Shown: in pieces, positions 28,489 to 40,406 of the stretch | How positions within the stretch are numbered: position 1 is the stretch's first letter | Layout: the number at the start of each line of letters is the position of its first letter | DNA from: Eledone cirrhosa | Taxonomy: Eukaryota | Direction of reading: 5' to 3' | Assembly: GCA_964016885.1 (NCBI GenBank) | Contig: OZ024744.1 | Span: 56,854,001-56,918,000, forward strand | Length of the DNA: 64,000 bases | Notes under the pieces: model-generated | What the model was told of the DNA's origin: nothing | Database searches by the model: none | Seen by the model: the letters and a program-made list of their open reading frames with translations, nothing else | Program-made: the position numbers and the translations under genes

Positions 28489-28709
28489 CCCTTTAACATT
28501 TACATTACTCTATATTTACAATTGTATTTTCACAGCAAACACTTTATTTTACATAATTATCCCACATAGTATCGAATTTACGAGATTTTGATATTATTTA
28601 TTTTGAGAACAATACCTTAACATAAGCATGAGCAACCGATTACAGCCGGTCTGAACTGAGAGAGGTGAGAGAATTCTGGCCGGCTATGACCGGTTTAAAT
28701 GCTAAAGGG
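28489..28709 (+). mobile_element. TTAA-flanked (piggyBac-type) MITE
   Basis: TTAA|CCCTTTAACATT ... AATGCTAAAGGG|TTAA. Confidence 0.85.
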
Positions 28710-28776
28710 TTAACCACTCAGTCATGCCAGCTGTTTACACATTATGAGTAAAGTCATATATATATAAAGGACCTTG

Positions 28777-28810
<34 letters not shown>

Positions 28811-28812
<2 letters not shown>

Positions 28813-28958
28813 GAAGTGGTAACACAACAGTTAGTTCACCATACCGAGAACAAATTCACGGTATGGTGAACTAACTGTTGTGTAACCATTTCTACCTAAC
28901 TCGTCCCATGGACTGAGTGCTCTACCACTACGGATATTACCTTCCAGTGTTCTACCTA
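28811..28958 (+). mobile_element. Penelope-like fragment with 5' fold-back hairpin
   Basis: Arms TAGAAGTGGTAACACAACAGTTAGTTCACCATACCG / CGGTATGGTGAACTAACTGTTGTGTAACCATTTCTA, TA-flanked. Related to 31684-31769. Confidence 0.55.
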
Positions 28959-29016
28959 TATATATTTTTATCATATGTAACACATGTGCAACCACGCAGT
29001 ATTCATTCTTCTCATG

Positions 29017-29123
<107 letters not shown>

Positions 29124-29236
29124 TGGACATTACAATACAACGGGAGGAAACAATAGTACCACTGATGATGTCACAGGTGTGTGATGAAAGAACTTTGATA
29201 GACTATGTATATATATATCATCATCATCATCATATA

Positions 29237-29270
<34 letters not shown>

Positions 29271-29397
29271 TTTTTTTAACGGTTGGTCAATCAATGATAA
29301 ACATTGATTGCCATCTAAATCAATTATAGGGATAAAATATACGGAGGCGAAAACCAATCCAAACCAAACAGTGAGTGTATTTAATCAAATATTTCTG

Positions 29398-29562
29398 ACA
29401 TCGGTAGAGGGTCGGACACCATATTTTGCAACGGTCCTTTGCGGTTTGAGTTCAAATCCCGCCGAGGTTAACTTTGCCTTTCATCCTTACGGAGTCGGTA
29501 AAATAAATTACCAGTAATGCACTGCGTAATTGCTGGCCTTGGGCTAAAAGTAGAAACAATTA
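29398..29562 (+). mobile_element. tRNA-derived SINE
   Basis: Family match. Another partial copy lies at 30322-30428. Confidence 0.82.
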
Positions 29563-30009
29563 TGATAACAATATAACTCTCCCCAAATATAACATTATAT
29601 ATATATGTGTGTGTATACATACACACACGTTGACACTGATTGAGTATGTTCCCCTCCCCCTTCAACTGAAACATCACAGTCCTAATGTGACGTCACCAGT
29701 CCTCCGCCTTCCTCCTATAGTCAATCCCTACAAGAGAGAAAGACTAATTACATACATACAACATGGCTTTCTCGAAGCAACGCCTTGACAAACTCTTAAA
29801 TGTCCCCTTTTATCATCTTTACACAATGATGTCGACTTGCTACTGTTTACCGAATTCTGCTATCACCTGATATATATATTATATATGTGGATATAATTAA
29901 TGGATCAACCAGATTTCAGTGATTAATAACAATCTAGTAAGTTGATTTATTGTTCACACCAACATTTTACGAGGTAAATTTATATATATATGCTTATAGT
30001 AGGCTTTAC

Positions 30010-30061
<52 letters not shown>

Positions 30062-30659
30062 CTTAATGCTACTTTCTTTGTCTATGATATATAAATGTGT
30101 GTCACTGCAGATTCAGCTGCAACCGTAGGTTATTCATGTTGCTCTTTGTGTCCAGCTTCTCTGCTCCTTCTACCTAACATATATCGAGTTCAATTTAAAC
30201 ATTTAAATTTATATTATTACTACTATTGTGTGTGTGTATTTATACACACAATAATGAATCAAAATATCAAATAAGTTTAGAATATTGTGTTTCTCAATAG
30301 GCAAGCCCAATAGACATTATCCACCCGCCGAGGTCAACTTTGCCTTTCATCCTTACGGGGTCGATAAAATAAAGTACCAGTAATGTACTGAGTAATTAGT
30401 GGCCTTGTGCCAAAAGTAGAAACAATTATAACTAAATAAAGAGATATATGTATATATATAGAGAGAGAGAAAGAACCATACACCGCATATTTCTCGAGTG
30501 ATATATGGCGCTTTCTCTCTCATCACACGAGAAACATGCGATATTATGGCTCTACATATATATCTCTCTATTTGGTTATACATACATATATATACACGAA
30601 TGATATAGTAATAATGAATATTTTAAAAGTTCTTCAAATGTTCGAATATTTATATGTGT

Positions 30660-30826
30660 GTGTAGAACCAGAGTTAAATCGGGGATAATAAGGTACTCAA
30701 TACATTACTAGAGTGAAAACATCAATATTTAATATAGAAATGGCTTCTGCAGGACTAGAACTGTTTTATTCGTATGAAATCATCGTCCTGGTGATTTCAT
30801 ACGAATGAAACAGTTCTAGTCCTAAA
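30660..30826 (-). mobile_element. Penelope-like fragment with fold-back hairpin and degenerate hammerhead
   Basis: 32-bp arms 30751-30782/30792-30823 (1 mismatch) containing CTG(G)TGA..GAAACAGTTCTA. The tail CTCTAGTAATGTATTGAGTAC resembles 31470-31490. Confidence 0.55.
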
Positions 30827-31186
30827 GATATATATATAAGAAAGAGTCGAGGCCCGACTCATCTTAAGATAATCACACTCTACTATCTTCAGTATCTAGT
30901 ATTCTGCTGATTAATGGTCGTACTAATTCAATTACTGGTTAAATCCTGTGTAAGCGTGCGCATTTTTGATTTGATTTTTATCAAAGTATTTGCTTTCTAA
31001 AAGTATGTAATTTATTTTTTAGATACTTTTGTTTCTTTACATATTTTAGATAATTTCATATAGCGAACAATAAACACACTATATATATAGTAATAAGACT
31101 AGATGTGAAGACTAAAATCCGAAGAGGGCTCGATAAGGATGATATATATATATAAAATATATAAAAAACATAGAGCAAATATTTAT

Positions 31187-31533
31187 TAAAATAACAGATT
31201 AAAGTTTAAGCAAAGAATCGCTGCTTTCACAAGATCCCGTTAAGGGTGAAAGCAACGATTCTTTGCTTAAACTTTAATCTGTTATTTTAGAGAACCTTCA
31301 ACCGTCAAGGTTACTTTTCTGCGGGTATGTCAACATTTATAAAACAAATTTTGTATTTTATCTGATGAAAGCGCACCAGAATTTGCCTTGGTTGTCCTTG
31401 AAATATATATAATAAAATAATTATGGTTTTATAAATATAGTTTCCATTTATTAATATATTGAATATTTACTCCAGTAATTTGTTGAGTACTTTATATCAG
31501 TTATAAAACTTTTAAGCTTGTTGAACCCCTACA
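31187..31533 (+). mobile_element. Penelope-like fragment with 44-bp fold-back hairpin and hammerhead ribozyme
   Basis: Arms 31187-31230/31246-31289 (1 mismatch). Hammerhead at 31354-31419. Confidence 0.65.
31354..31419 (+). ncRNA. Type I minimal hammerhead ribozyme (intact core)
   Basis: Stem I TATTTTAT(31354-61)/ATAAAATA(31412-19); CTGATGA 31362-68; stem II closed by AAG/CTT; GAAA 31400-03; 2-bp stem III with palindromic ATAT loop; predicted cleavage after AUA at 31411. Confidence 0.72.
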
Positions 31534-31554
31534 AATTAAATATAACCTTTGCAT

Positions 31555-31671
31555 ATAGGAAAGTGTTCAAAGGGGTCTTGAATATTTTCCTATTACCCAC
31601 TCTACTACCCTAAGTATTAAGAACTCTGGTGCGTTATGGTCCACCTGGTTCCTTACCACACTTCCTTCGTT
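31555..31671 (+). mobile_element. Penelope-like fragment with short 5' hairpin (same family as 25057-25247)
   Basis: ATAGGAAAGTGTTCAA/TTGAATATTTTCCTAT arms, then the shared body ending CCTTCGT(TA)n. Confidence 0.55.
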
Positions 31672-31810
31672 ATATATATATATCCTGTTCCTATAACCAT
31701 ACACATCCCGAGCTGAAGATCCTCGATTGTTCTCGCTATGATGAACTAACTGTTGTGTAACCACTTCTATATATATATATAAATGAAAGGTATATATATA
31801 TATATATACA

Positions 31811-32272
<462 letters not shown>

Positions 32273-34556
32273 ACAAATCAAAGAGTGGAGATAATATAAA
32301 ATAAGTTGAAGACACTAAAGACGAAAAGAGAAGCTGCTGTGGACATCTCTAGGAGATACGCGGTTCGCTTCCTTGTAGTGGTCGATGGCAACTTCTTTTT
32401 AAAGGCGTATATGCGTGTACGATAACCTAAGCCTAGGTTTGCCCCGATCGAAAAACCTTAAAAACGAGGTGTTCTTACTTTGAAAATCTCGTCTTTTTTT
32501 CCCTTTTTTTTTTTTTTTTTTTTTTTTTTTACTCTATTCAATATGTTCTTCAAAAGGAAAAAAAATACGATATATGTTGCTTTGAGGGAGATTGAACTAC
32601 AATGTTGGACGATCACTTATGTGCCAACCCACTTTCCTTGGTTCCGCCGGTTGGTGTTCAATATGGAGATACAGAAAGAAAAAATATATATAAATATGTA
32701 TGTGTGTGTTTTATTGGATGCATAATTGCAGATTCAGCCACAACCGTACGGTAGTATGTGATTCGCCATCTTTGATATTCATTTACAGTGAGGCAGCCTC
32801 AAAACTTTATGTGGATTCTTCCTTGGCAGTGTTAACTTGATCTCTGTTATACCTGTCGACTTAGTCCTTTATTTCATAAATCCTGGATGTATGAAAGGCG
32901 GGATCTGAGCTCAAAACAAAGGATCGTAAAAAACGCAATATTGTCCGATGATCCAATGATTCTGCTAATCAATCCACCGTCACTCAACACGCTAGAAATA
33001 GTAGCCAAGTCTTTCTCAAATCACACTCTACTTTCTTTAAAAAGGAATGATATATTGAATAAAATAGTCTAATGTCTCAATAAAAAAGAAAAAAACAGTA
33101 AGGGTGGTCACATTTGAAATGTCCTTGATTGCTGTGTACAACGAGGAGCGACTTTTTGTTTGATTTACTACAAATAACCAAATCTCTTTCAAATTACATA
33201 TTACATTGGATAAAACTTCTCCTATATATGTAATGGTAGTTGAGTGGTTGGGATGGTCATGACTGGAATACTTTTAATCGTAGGCACGACCAGTGTTAAT
33301 CTGGGAATGATAGTAATCAGTTCAACCTGAATTTCAGGTTTTCCATGTTGATACGTGCGCGTGTGTGTGTAATGTGCTTATGATTACACACACATATTTG
33401 TGTGTGTAATCATGCTAACGGTTGTGCGATCTTGTGGTGTTTGTTGTGAAGCCCAACATGCGTATAATCAGTTGTAAATGTTCTCCAGTTAGTGGATTAT
33501 ATTGTCAGATAGAGCGTGCGGGTGTGCGAAGAAGAGTTGAACACCCATATATATCATCATCATCATCTACATGTGTATATATATATATATATGTGTGTGC
33601 ATGTGAGTCAGTGGTGACCCTAGCTCAACAATGTTACAAAGACTTAGTACAATTTTTAAAGGTATCTAGTAAACCTATAATTTAGTTACAATATTCATGT
33701 ACATGCATGTCTATTGTATAAAGACCAACTCAATTTTTTTTTCATTGGTCAATAAAATTTATTGATTGTATTACAAGTGTTCATATTATAAAACTATCCA
33801 AAGATGTATACTAAAAAATCACATAGATGAACTTAAAAGAAAGTGAACAGATAATAAATCAGTTCAGATTTGTATAAAGAACATTACAAATATTGATGGA
33901 AATTGGAAAGAAAAAGGGATAAAAACAAAACCAAGCAACGAACGGTGGGGGAAGGGGTAAAGAATGGCAGATCTGACTATAGGAATGTAGGAGAAAGGGC
34001 TTCAAATGCCATAAATGAGAGGAAAAGGAGGGAAGAAGGGAGAGGTTGATAGACTCTATGTCTGGGGTGGGAAATTGCCCCATGGACAAAACTGCAAAGG
34101 CATTTATGCAGACAATGGCCAGCAACACTTGCTACAACAGTCACCCATCTCGCTGGGTCCCTTCCTCAGACGGGCTGCTGAAGTTCAAGTATCTAGTGGT
34201 GGCAGGCAAGAGGCTGAATTAAATGCAAGAATTGGTGGAGCTGGTGTAGTAAAGTGTTAGCTTCAAAACTTGGTCATCAACTCAAATACCTCAAAGTATC
34301 CCGTTTAACTATTTAACTAACAATTCCACAAATTCATCTTCCTTATCGACCCGAAAATGATGGAAGATAAAGTTGACTGTAGCAGGATTTGAACTCATGG
34401 CATTGTGAGCTAGAATTTAACCAGACCCTCTAACAACTCTGCCAAATCACTGCCTATATAAAGTTTATATAATAGTAATAGTTCATTGAATGGGTCTCAT
34501 CTCTTCCGCTGCAAAGTTGATGTTTTCTATAATCTTATATAATCTCTTTTTTGTAG

Positions 34557-34642
34557 GAGCTATTTTAAAATGCAAATATGAAAATGGCTTCACGTATAAT
34601 CAGTTAGTTGACGATATTAAAAAGAAATTCCTCCAAAATCAG
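34557..34642 (+). CDS. AMN: Amnionless-like protein, internal exon A (GAILKCKYENGFTYNQLVDDIKKKFLQNQ)
   Basis: ctcttttttgtag acceptor, CAG|gtaatt donor, phase 1->0. Resembles the AMN segment after the VWC domain (human [26 protein letters not shown], from memory). Confidence 0.75.
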
Positions 34643-35019
34643 GTAATTTATTTTTCATTTCAATATTTTCTTTTTCTCCGTTTCTTTTAAGTTTATTGTT
34701 CATGAAGGAATAAAAATTTCATGCAATCATGCACACCCACAAAGTTGTTGGAATTACGACTCAAGGGAAGTAATCCGTCCATTTGTTTAAACAAATTATT
34801 TTCCCCTTTGCGAGGCTTTATTTTTAAATTATTATTATTATAAAATATTATTAAGCTATTTTTTTAAGTGTTACAGAATTATATAATTTTAAAATGTTGT
34901 CATATATATAATATAATCAATGTTTAGTAAACATTTATTGTATGGTAAATATTTTTTTCACCCACTAATTCCTGGAAGAGTTGTTGGGGAAAAATCCTCA
35001 AGCATGCCTCCTAGCATGT

Positions 35020-35335
35020 CCTGTCAGAAGCAACCATTTCCAATTGATCTGGCTGGATCCCCAAGAGAGATCAGGTGAGCTTATGGATGTTATCCAGCCA
35101 TCTTGCTCATGGTCTACCGCTGGATCTCCTACCAGTTGGTTTTGTTCATAAAGTCTGTCCAGTGATTCTTTCCTGGGAAATTCTAACTATATGTCTATAA
35201 TATCAGAGTTGTGGTCTCTCAATTTGGAGAAGTAGCTGCTCTACTTGGAGCGACTCCCTGATCTCTGAGCTACACATTCTATCGTGTAACCTCATTTCAG
35301 CCACTTGTGTTCGTGATTGTATCCTTTTGGTCATT
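35020..35335 (-). mobile_element. RTE-like LINE 3' fragment (same family as 18690-19400)
   Basis: KRIQSRTQVAEMR..SSEIRESLQVEQLLLQIERPQL. DNA similar to 18690-18990. Confidence 0.75.
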
Positions 35336-35813
35336 AATATGGTAAATATATTGGTGATAGATTTCATTAGGCTTAGTATAGTGTCTCTAAGAGAATGAAG
35401 ATCTCCCCTTTCTATATTCCCGATATGCATGAACATTTTCACAGAACATATGATAAATGTTCTGACACAAATGTTAGAAACACTATACTAAGCTTAATGA
35501 AATGTATCACCATCTTCATTTTATGTTGGCTTGGGTTGGACAGGTTGTCATGGTCCAAGGCTAAATTAATCAGAGAACATTTTGCTTATACATTCTAATT
35601 TTGGTATGGCTTCTACAGTGGAAAGTGGTAGTGCTGGTACCACAACAAAAAGCACCCAGTCCACCCTATAATACTCTCAGTACTTTATGCTGTGTCATTT
35701 GGGATTCACTCCACTCTATAGTGCCTTGGGCAAGTGTCATCTACTATAGCCTTAGATTGATTAATGTCATCTGAGTGAAATCTGGTTGTCAGAAACTCCA
35801 GAAGCCCATCATG

Positions 35814-38800
35814 TCTATATAAAGCTGAGAATGTGTGTGTTAAGGTTTGTAACGTATGCACGTCCACAATTTCCAACGGATTCTATTCAAAGTCGGGACA
35901 ATTATTGCTTTTGGTCAGGAAAAGGTCAAGAAGCAAAAAAATTTCAAATCCATCAATAATAAGGGCAAAATTCGATCATGATCATTCCCCCTCTCTATAA
36001 TTTAACTGCTTTACTCTCTCTGTCGCTCTTCACTCCCTATATGACAACACTGCAGTAGAGCGTTCCGTATTGACATACGGCTTATCTGGGGCATTTTCAA
36101 TCGGCTTATTGCAAATAACAACCCGCAAAATAACACTTCATATAACAGATTAATGCTATAGACATATGAATCGGAATGTAACCCGTGAACTTTTTCCTGG
36201 GCAAAATTATTCGAACAGACATGACCTCATTGCCAGAGTGTTCAGACTGAAACTGGCTAAACTCATGGCTTTAATCAAAAAGGGTCAGGAATTTGGGGTT
36301 GTAAAATGTGACATATTCACCGTCGAATGGCAAAAACGAGGGCTGCCACATGCTCACATTTTGATTTGGTTAGCTGATAAAATCAATTCAAATACCATAG
36401 ACAGCTTCATTTCAGCTGAAATCCCTAACCCAGCAACTGACCAGGAATTACAAGACATCGTCAAAGTCAACATGGTCCGTGTGCGTCGGGTCCTAATGAG
36501 CATCACACGTGTCTGAAAGGGGGGTCGTGCAGTAAGGGTTACCCAAAAGCATTTGTTGACCAGACTCAGACTGGTGGCGACGTGTACAGGCGGAGGCGGC
36601 CCGAGAACGGTGGCTTCACCACAACAGTAAAGGGAGATCAAGTCGACAATAGATGGGTGGTCCCTTACTGCCTGCTTCTCTTGAAGATGTTCAACGCCCA
36701 CATCAACGTTGAGTTTTGCAACTCCGTCAAGTTGATAAAATGCATATGCAAATATGTAAATAAGGGCTCTGATGCCGCAGTGTTCGCATTTCAAGCTGAA
36801 AATAGCAGGGACGAGGTCACAGAATACCTGTAGCAATGAAGCTTTTTGGCGCCTATTTGGTTTACTAGTACACCAACGGCACCCCGCCATCGTACAGCTT
36901 GTGGTACATTCGGAAAATGGGCAAAGGGTTTACTTTACGGACCAAACCGCCACCAAGTTGGCCACCGATCCGAAAGAGACCACTCTGACGGGTTTCTTCA
37001 AACTTTGCCAGTTCGATACATTTGCACAAACAATTGTGTACCCCCCAGGTTCCATCCTACTTTATATGGTCAAAAAACACTTGGGTGCGAAGAAAGTCAG
37101 GTCAGGCTGTTGAAGGACATTCTGGTGTAAAATTTGACAGCTGTCTTGGAAGGGTTTACACTATGCCCCCAAGTCAGCATGAGTGCTTTCATCTCTGCCT
37201 TCTTCTGCATGAAGTTGGAGGCCCACAAAGTTTTCAGGACCTCAAAACTGTTGATGGAGAAATATGTGATACGTACCGGGAATCCTGCTTTAAGCGTGGT
37301 CTTTTGGAAGATGATTCGCAATGGGATTCCACTTTAGCAAAGGGTGCTTTGCTGAAATCACCTAAAGGTCTACGGGAACTCTTTGCCATTTTGCTTCAAA
37401 AGTGTGAATTGAGTGATCCCAAATCTTTATGGGTCAAGTACAGAGACTTCATATCTGAGGACTTCCTGCACTTGGCTCATCTGCAGTATCCTTCAGTGGA
37501 AGTTGGTTACAGTGACATTATCTACAACAGGGCACTCATTGATATCGAGGACGCTCTCCTCGACATGGGCGGGAGTGAGTTGGCGATGTATGGCTTGCCA
37601 TCAACCGTCAGAGAGGAAGCTAACATGTTGGCCCCAGATTTGTTGCGGGAAGCAGCATATGACATCGAATCTCTTTCCCAATACTTAGAGGAAAATGAGC
37701 CCAAACTTCTGTCGGACCAAAGGTTGGCCTATTTAACTATCATTGACGCGGTTCAAAATCAGACTGGGGTATTTACTTTCTCGATGCTCCTGGGGCTACC
37801 GGAAAAACTTTTGTAACAAAATTGATACTCGCTAAGATTCGTCAGAAGAAAAAAATTGCGTTGGCTGTTGCATCGTCCGGGATCGTTGCTACTTTGCTGC
37901 CGGGAGACAGGACAGCACATTCAATCTTTAAACTCCCCTTGGATTTAGTAAAAACTGAGACACCAATATGCAATATCTGCAAGAGTTCATACAAAGCTCT
38001 GGTTCTCAAAAAATGTTGCCTCATTGTTTGGGATGAGTGCACAATGGCACACAAGGGTGCTCTTGAGGCATTGTACAGGACCCTGAGAGACATTAGGGAT
38101 TCTACGGCTCCTATGGGTGGCGTAACTCTTCTGCTATCAGGGGATTTCCGACAAACGCTGCCTGTTATCCCCAAAAAGGACAAGAGCTGATGAAGTGCGT
38201 GCTTGCCTTAAGTCGTCCATGTTGTGGCTCCAGGTGAAGAGTTTGTACCTTAGCACAAATATGCATGGTGACAACATGTCTGCAGCATTTGCTCAGAACA
38301 TTCACTTGAAGGCAAGGTCCCTGCGGATGATAAGGGCAACATAGCAATCGACTCCCTGTGCAACATTGTGAGCAGCCCTTCTGACCTTTGGGAAACAGTT
38401 TTTCCTAATGTCTCATCTAACTTTAAAAACCTCAATTGGCTCAGCGAAAGAGCCATCCTTGCTCTGAAAAATATCATGGTTAATTTTATTAACGAGCAGC
38501 TGATTGAGAAGATTCCCGGTAAAGAGCACATCTTCAAATCTATCGACCGGGCGTCAGATAGATTAGTAATTAACGATATCGTTAATTATCCGGTTGAGTT
38601 ATTAAATTCCCTTGAGACCCCAGGGCCCCCACCTCACATTCTTAAGCTTAGGGTTGGCTGTCCCATTATGCTAATAAGGAACTTGTGTCCACCAAAGCAG
38701 TGCAATGGTACTCGCATGGTCGTCAAGTCACTGACACCCCACTTGATTGAGGCCAGCATTGTAGCGGGAGAGGGGAGAATGTTTTCATTCCAAGGATGAA

Positions 38801-39351
38801 CGTTTTCCCCTCGCCGTCAGATATCCCGTTCGATTTCCGGCGATCCCAATTCCTGGTGAGACCATGTTTTACCATGTCCATTAACAATCACAAGGGCAAA
38901 CATTGTCGGTGGCGGGCATCCATTTGGGAGAGTCTTGCTTCTCCCATGGCCAACTTTATGTTGCCTGTTCCCGCGTAGGGAGCAGGAATGGACTTTTTGT
39001 TTACACTCCTCAAGGGATGACATGCAATATCATCTACAAAGAGGTGCAGGTGTTGAAGCTATGCCGTCTGGAACACTATTTCCTGGTAGGGTATCCCATG
39101 GCGGACAGATCTGACACCCAGCGGCATCAGGGCCACCATCTTGCAACTTTGGTCTACTAAATTCGCTATTGGAAGATTATTAACCCATCATTGATTGTCC
39201 AAAATGCTAATTGGTTCGTAACTTCTAATAACCGGTTCAACTGCTTTATGCACTTAATTGATAAGCTTATTCGCTTTCAATCCACGTTTACCTGTATGTA
39301 ACTTTTCATAGCAAATGAACAAACCCGAGCAACGCCGGGCTAAACTGCTAG
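35814..39351 (+). mobile_element. Helitron (internally deleted, degraded)
   Basis: 5' TCTATATAAAGCTG..., RepHel remnants, 3' hairpin CCCGAGCAACGCCGGG then CTAG|T at 39351. Confidence 0.9.
36166..39050 (+). pseudogene. Helitron Rep/PIF1-like helicase pseudogene
   Basis: HUH motif EWQKRGLPHAHIL; YRRR..VDNRWVVPY..HINVE..KYVNKG; Walker A LDAPGATGKTF (37780); VASSGI..RTAHS; IVWDECTM; GDFRQTLPV; FSHGQLYVACSRV. Several frameshifts and stops. Confidence 0.95.
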
Positions 39352-39504
39352 TATATATATATATAATATATTTTAGCAAATGAACAAACCCGAGCAACGC
39401 CGGGCTAAACTGCTAGTATATATATATATAATATATTTTAGCAAATGAACAAACCCGAGCAACGCCGGGCTAAACTGCTAGTATATATATATATAATATA
39501 TTTT
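39309..39504 (+). repeat. Three identical 65-bp tandem copies of the Helitron 3' end plus flank
   Basis: GCAAATGAAC..CTAG starts at 39311, 39376 and 39441. Confidence 0.97.
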
Positions 39505-40288
39505 GTTAGACAGAAAAGTGATTCATAAAATAAATACCAGACTTTAAAACACTGGAATTGATATGGTTGATTAAACACTTTAAGGTAATACCTTGGTATG
39601 GCTGCAATTTAATGATTATATTTAGTAAAATAATATACACAGCCCACCCTGTAAGCTGGTAGTGTTGGGGTGTAATGACATAAAGAACCCAGTTCAATCT
39701 GTAAAGTGATAGTGATGGTGCTACAATAAAAGCACCCACCCCATCCTGTAAGATGGTTGTCCTAGTGCCATGACAAAAAGCTCCATCGGTAAGGTGGTCG
39801 TGTTGATGCCTTGACAAAAGTTTCAGTTCACATAATGTGATTGATATTAAGGACATGTAGTCATAGAAAAGCAGGCCAAAAACAATATATGAGTAAGATG
39901 TAACCACAAGTATAACCTCAGAATGTGACAACCTGTCTAACCCATGCAAGCATGGTAAATAGATATTAAATGATGATGGTGTTGATAAAAGCTTTGTGTC
40001 TAGGACATCCAGCTACAGTATACTACCCCAAAAGTTATATCAAATATATGTCCACATGGAAAAGCAGGTGTAAAAAGATGTTTGTAATGGCATTTAAGTT
40101 ATACTGGAAGTTAGTATTCTTACAATGAGTACAACTATTGCTTAATAAAATTTATAGCTCATGTCTATGTAGGTTTAGGTAGCTTCTTATAAAGTTGTAT
40201 CTCGGGAGATAACCACATGCCAAATATGTAGGCAATACTTGCAGGAGTTGATTTATTTGTTCTATTTGTGCTTTTGTCTCAATTTTAG

Positions 40289-40406
40289 ACTGATATAGAA
40301 TTTATAGTGTCAAGAATTGATAATGACATACAACTCACACTTATGGATAGCACTGGCGAAAACAGTGTGATTGTTGGTAAGAAAATATATGAGGATATCA
40401 ACAAGG
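40289..40406 (+). CDS. AMN: Amnionless-like protein, exon B (TDIEFIVSRIDNDIQLTLMDSTGENSVIVGKKIYEDINK)
   Basis: cttttgtctcaattttag acceptor, G|gtaagt donor, phase 0->1. Matches the AMN pattern VSK..IQVVLVE..ARALLADV. Confidence 0.82.

Noticed and set aside
37780-39050. Host PIF1 helicase gene
   Set aside because: Intronless, frameshifted, fused to an HUH Rep domain and bounded by Helitron termini.
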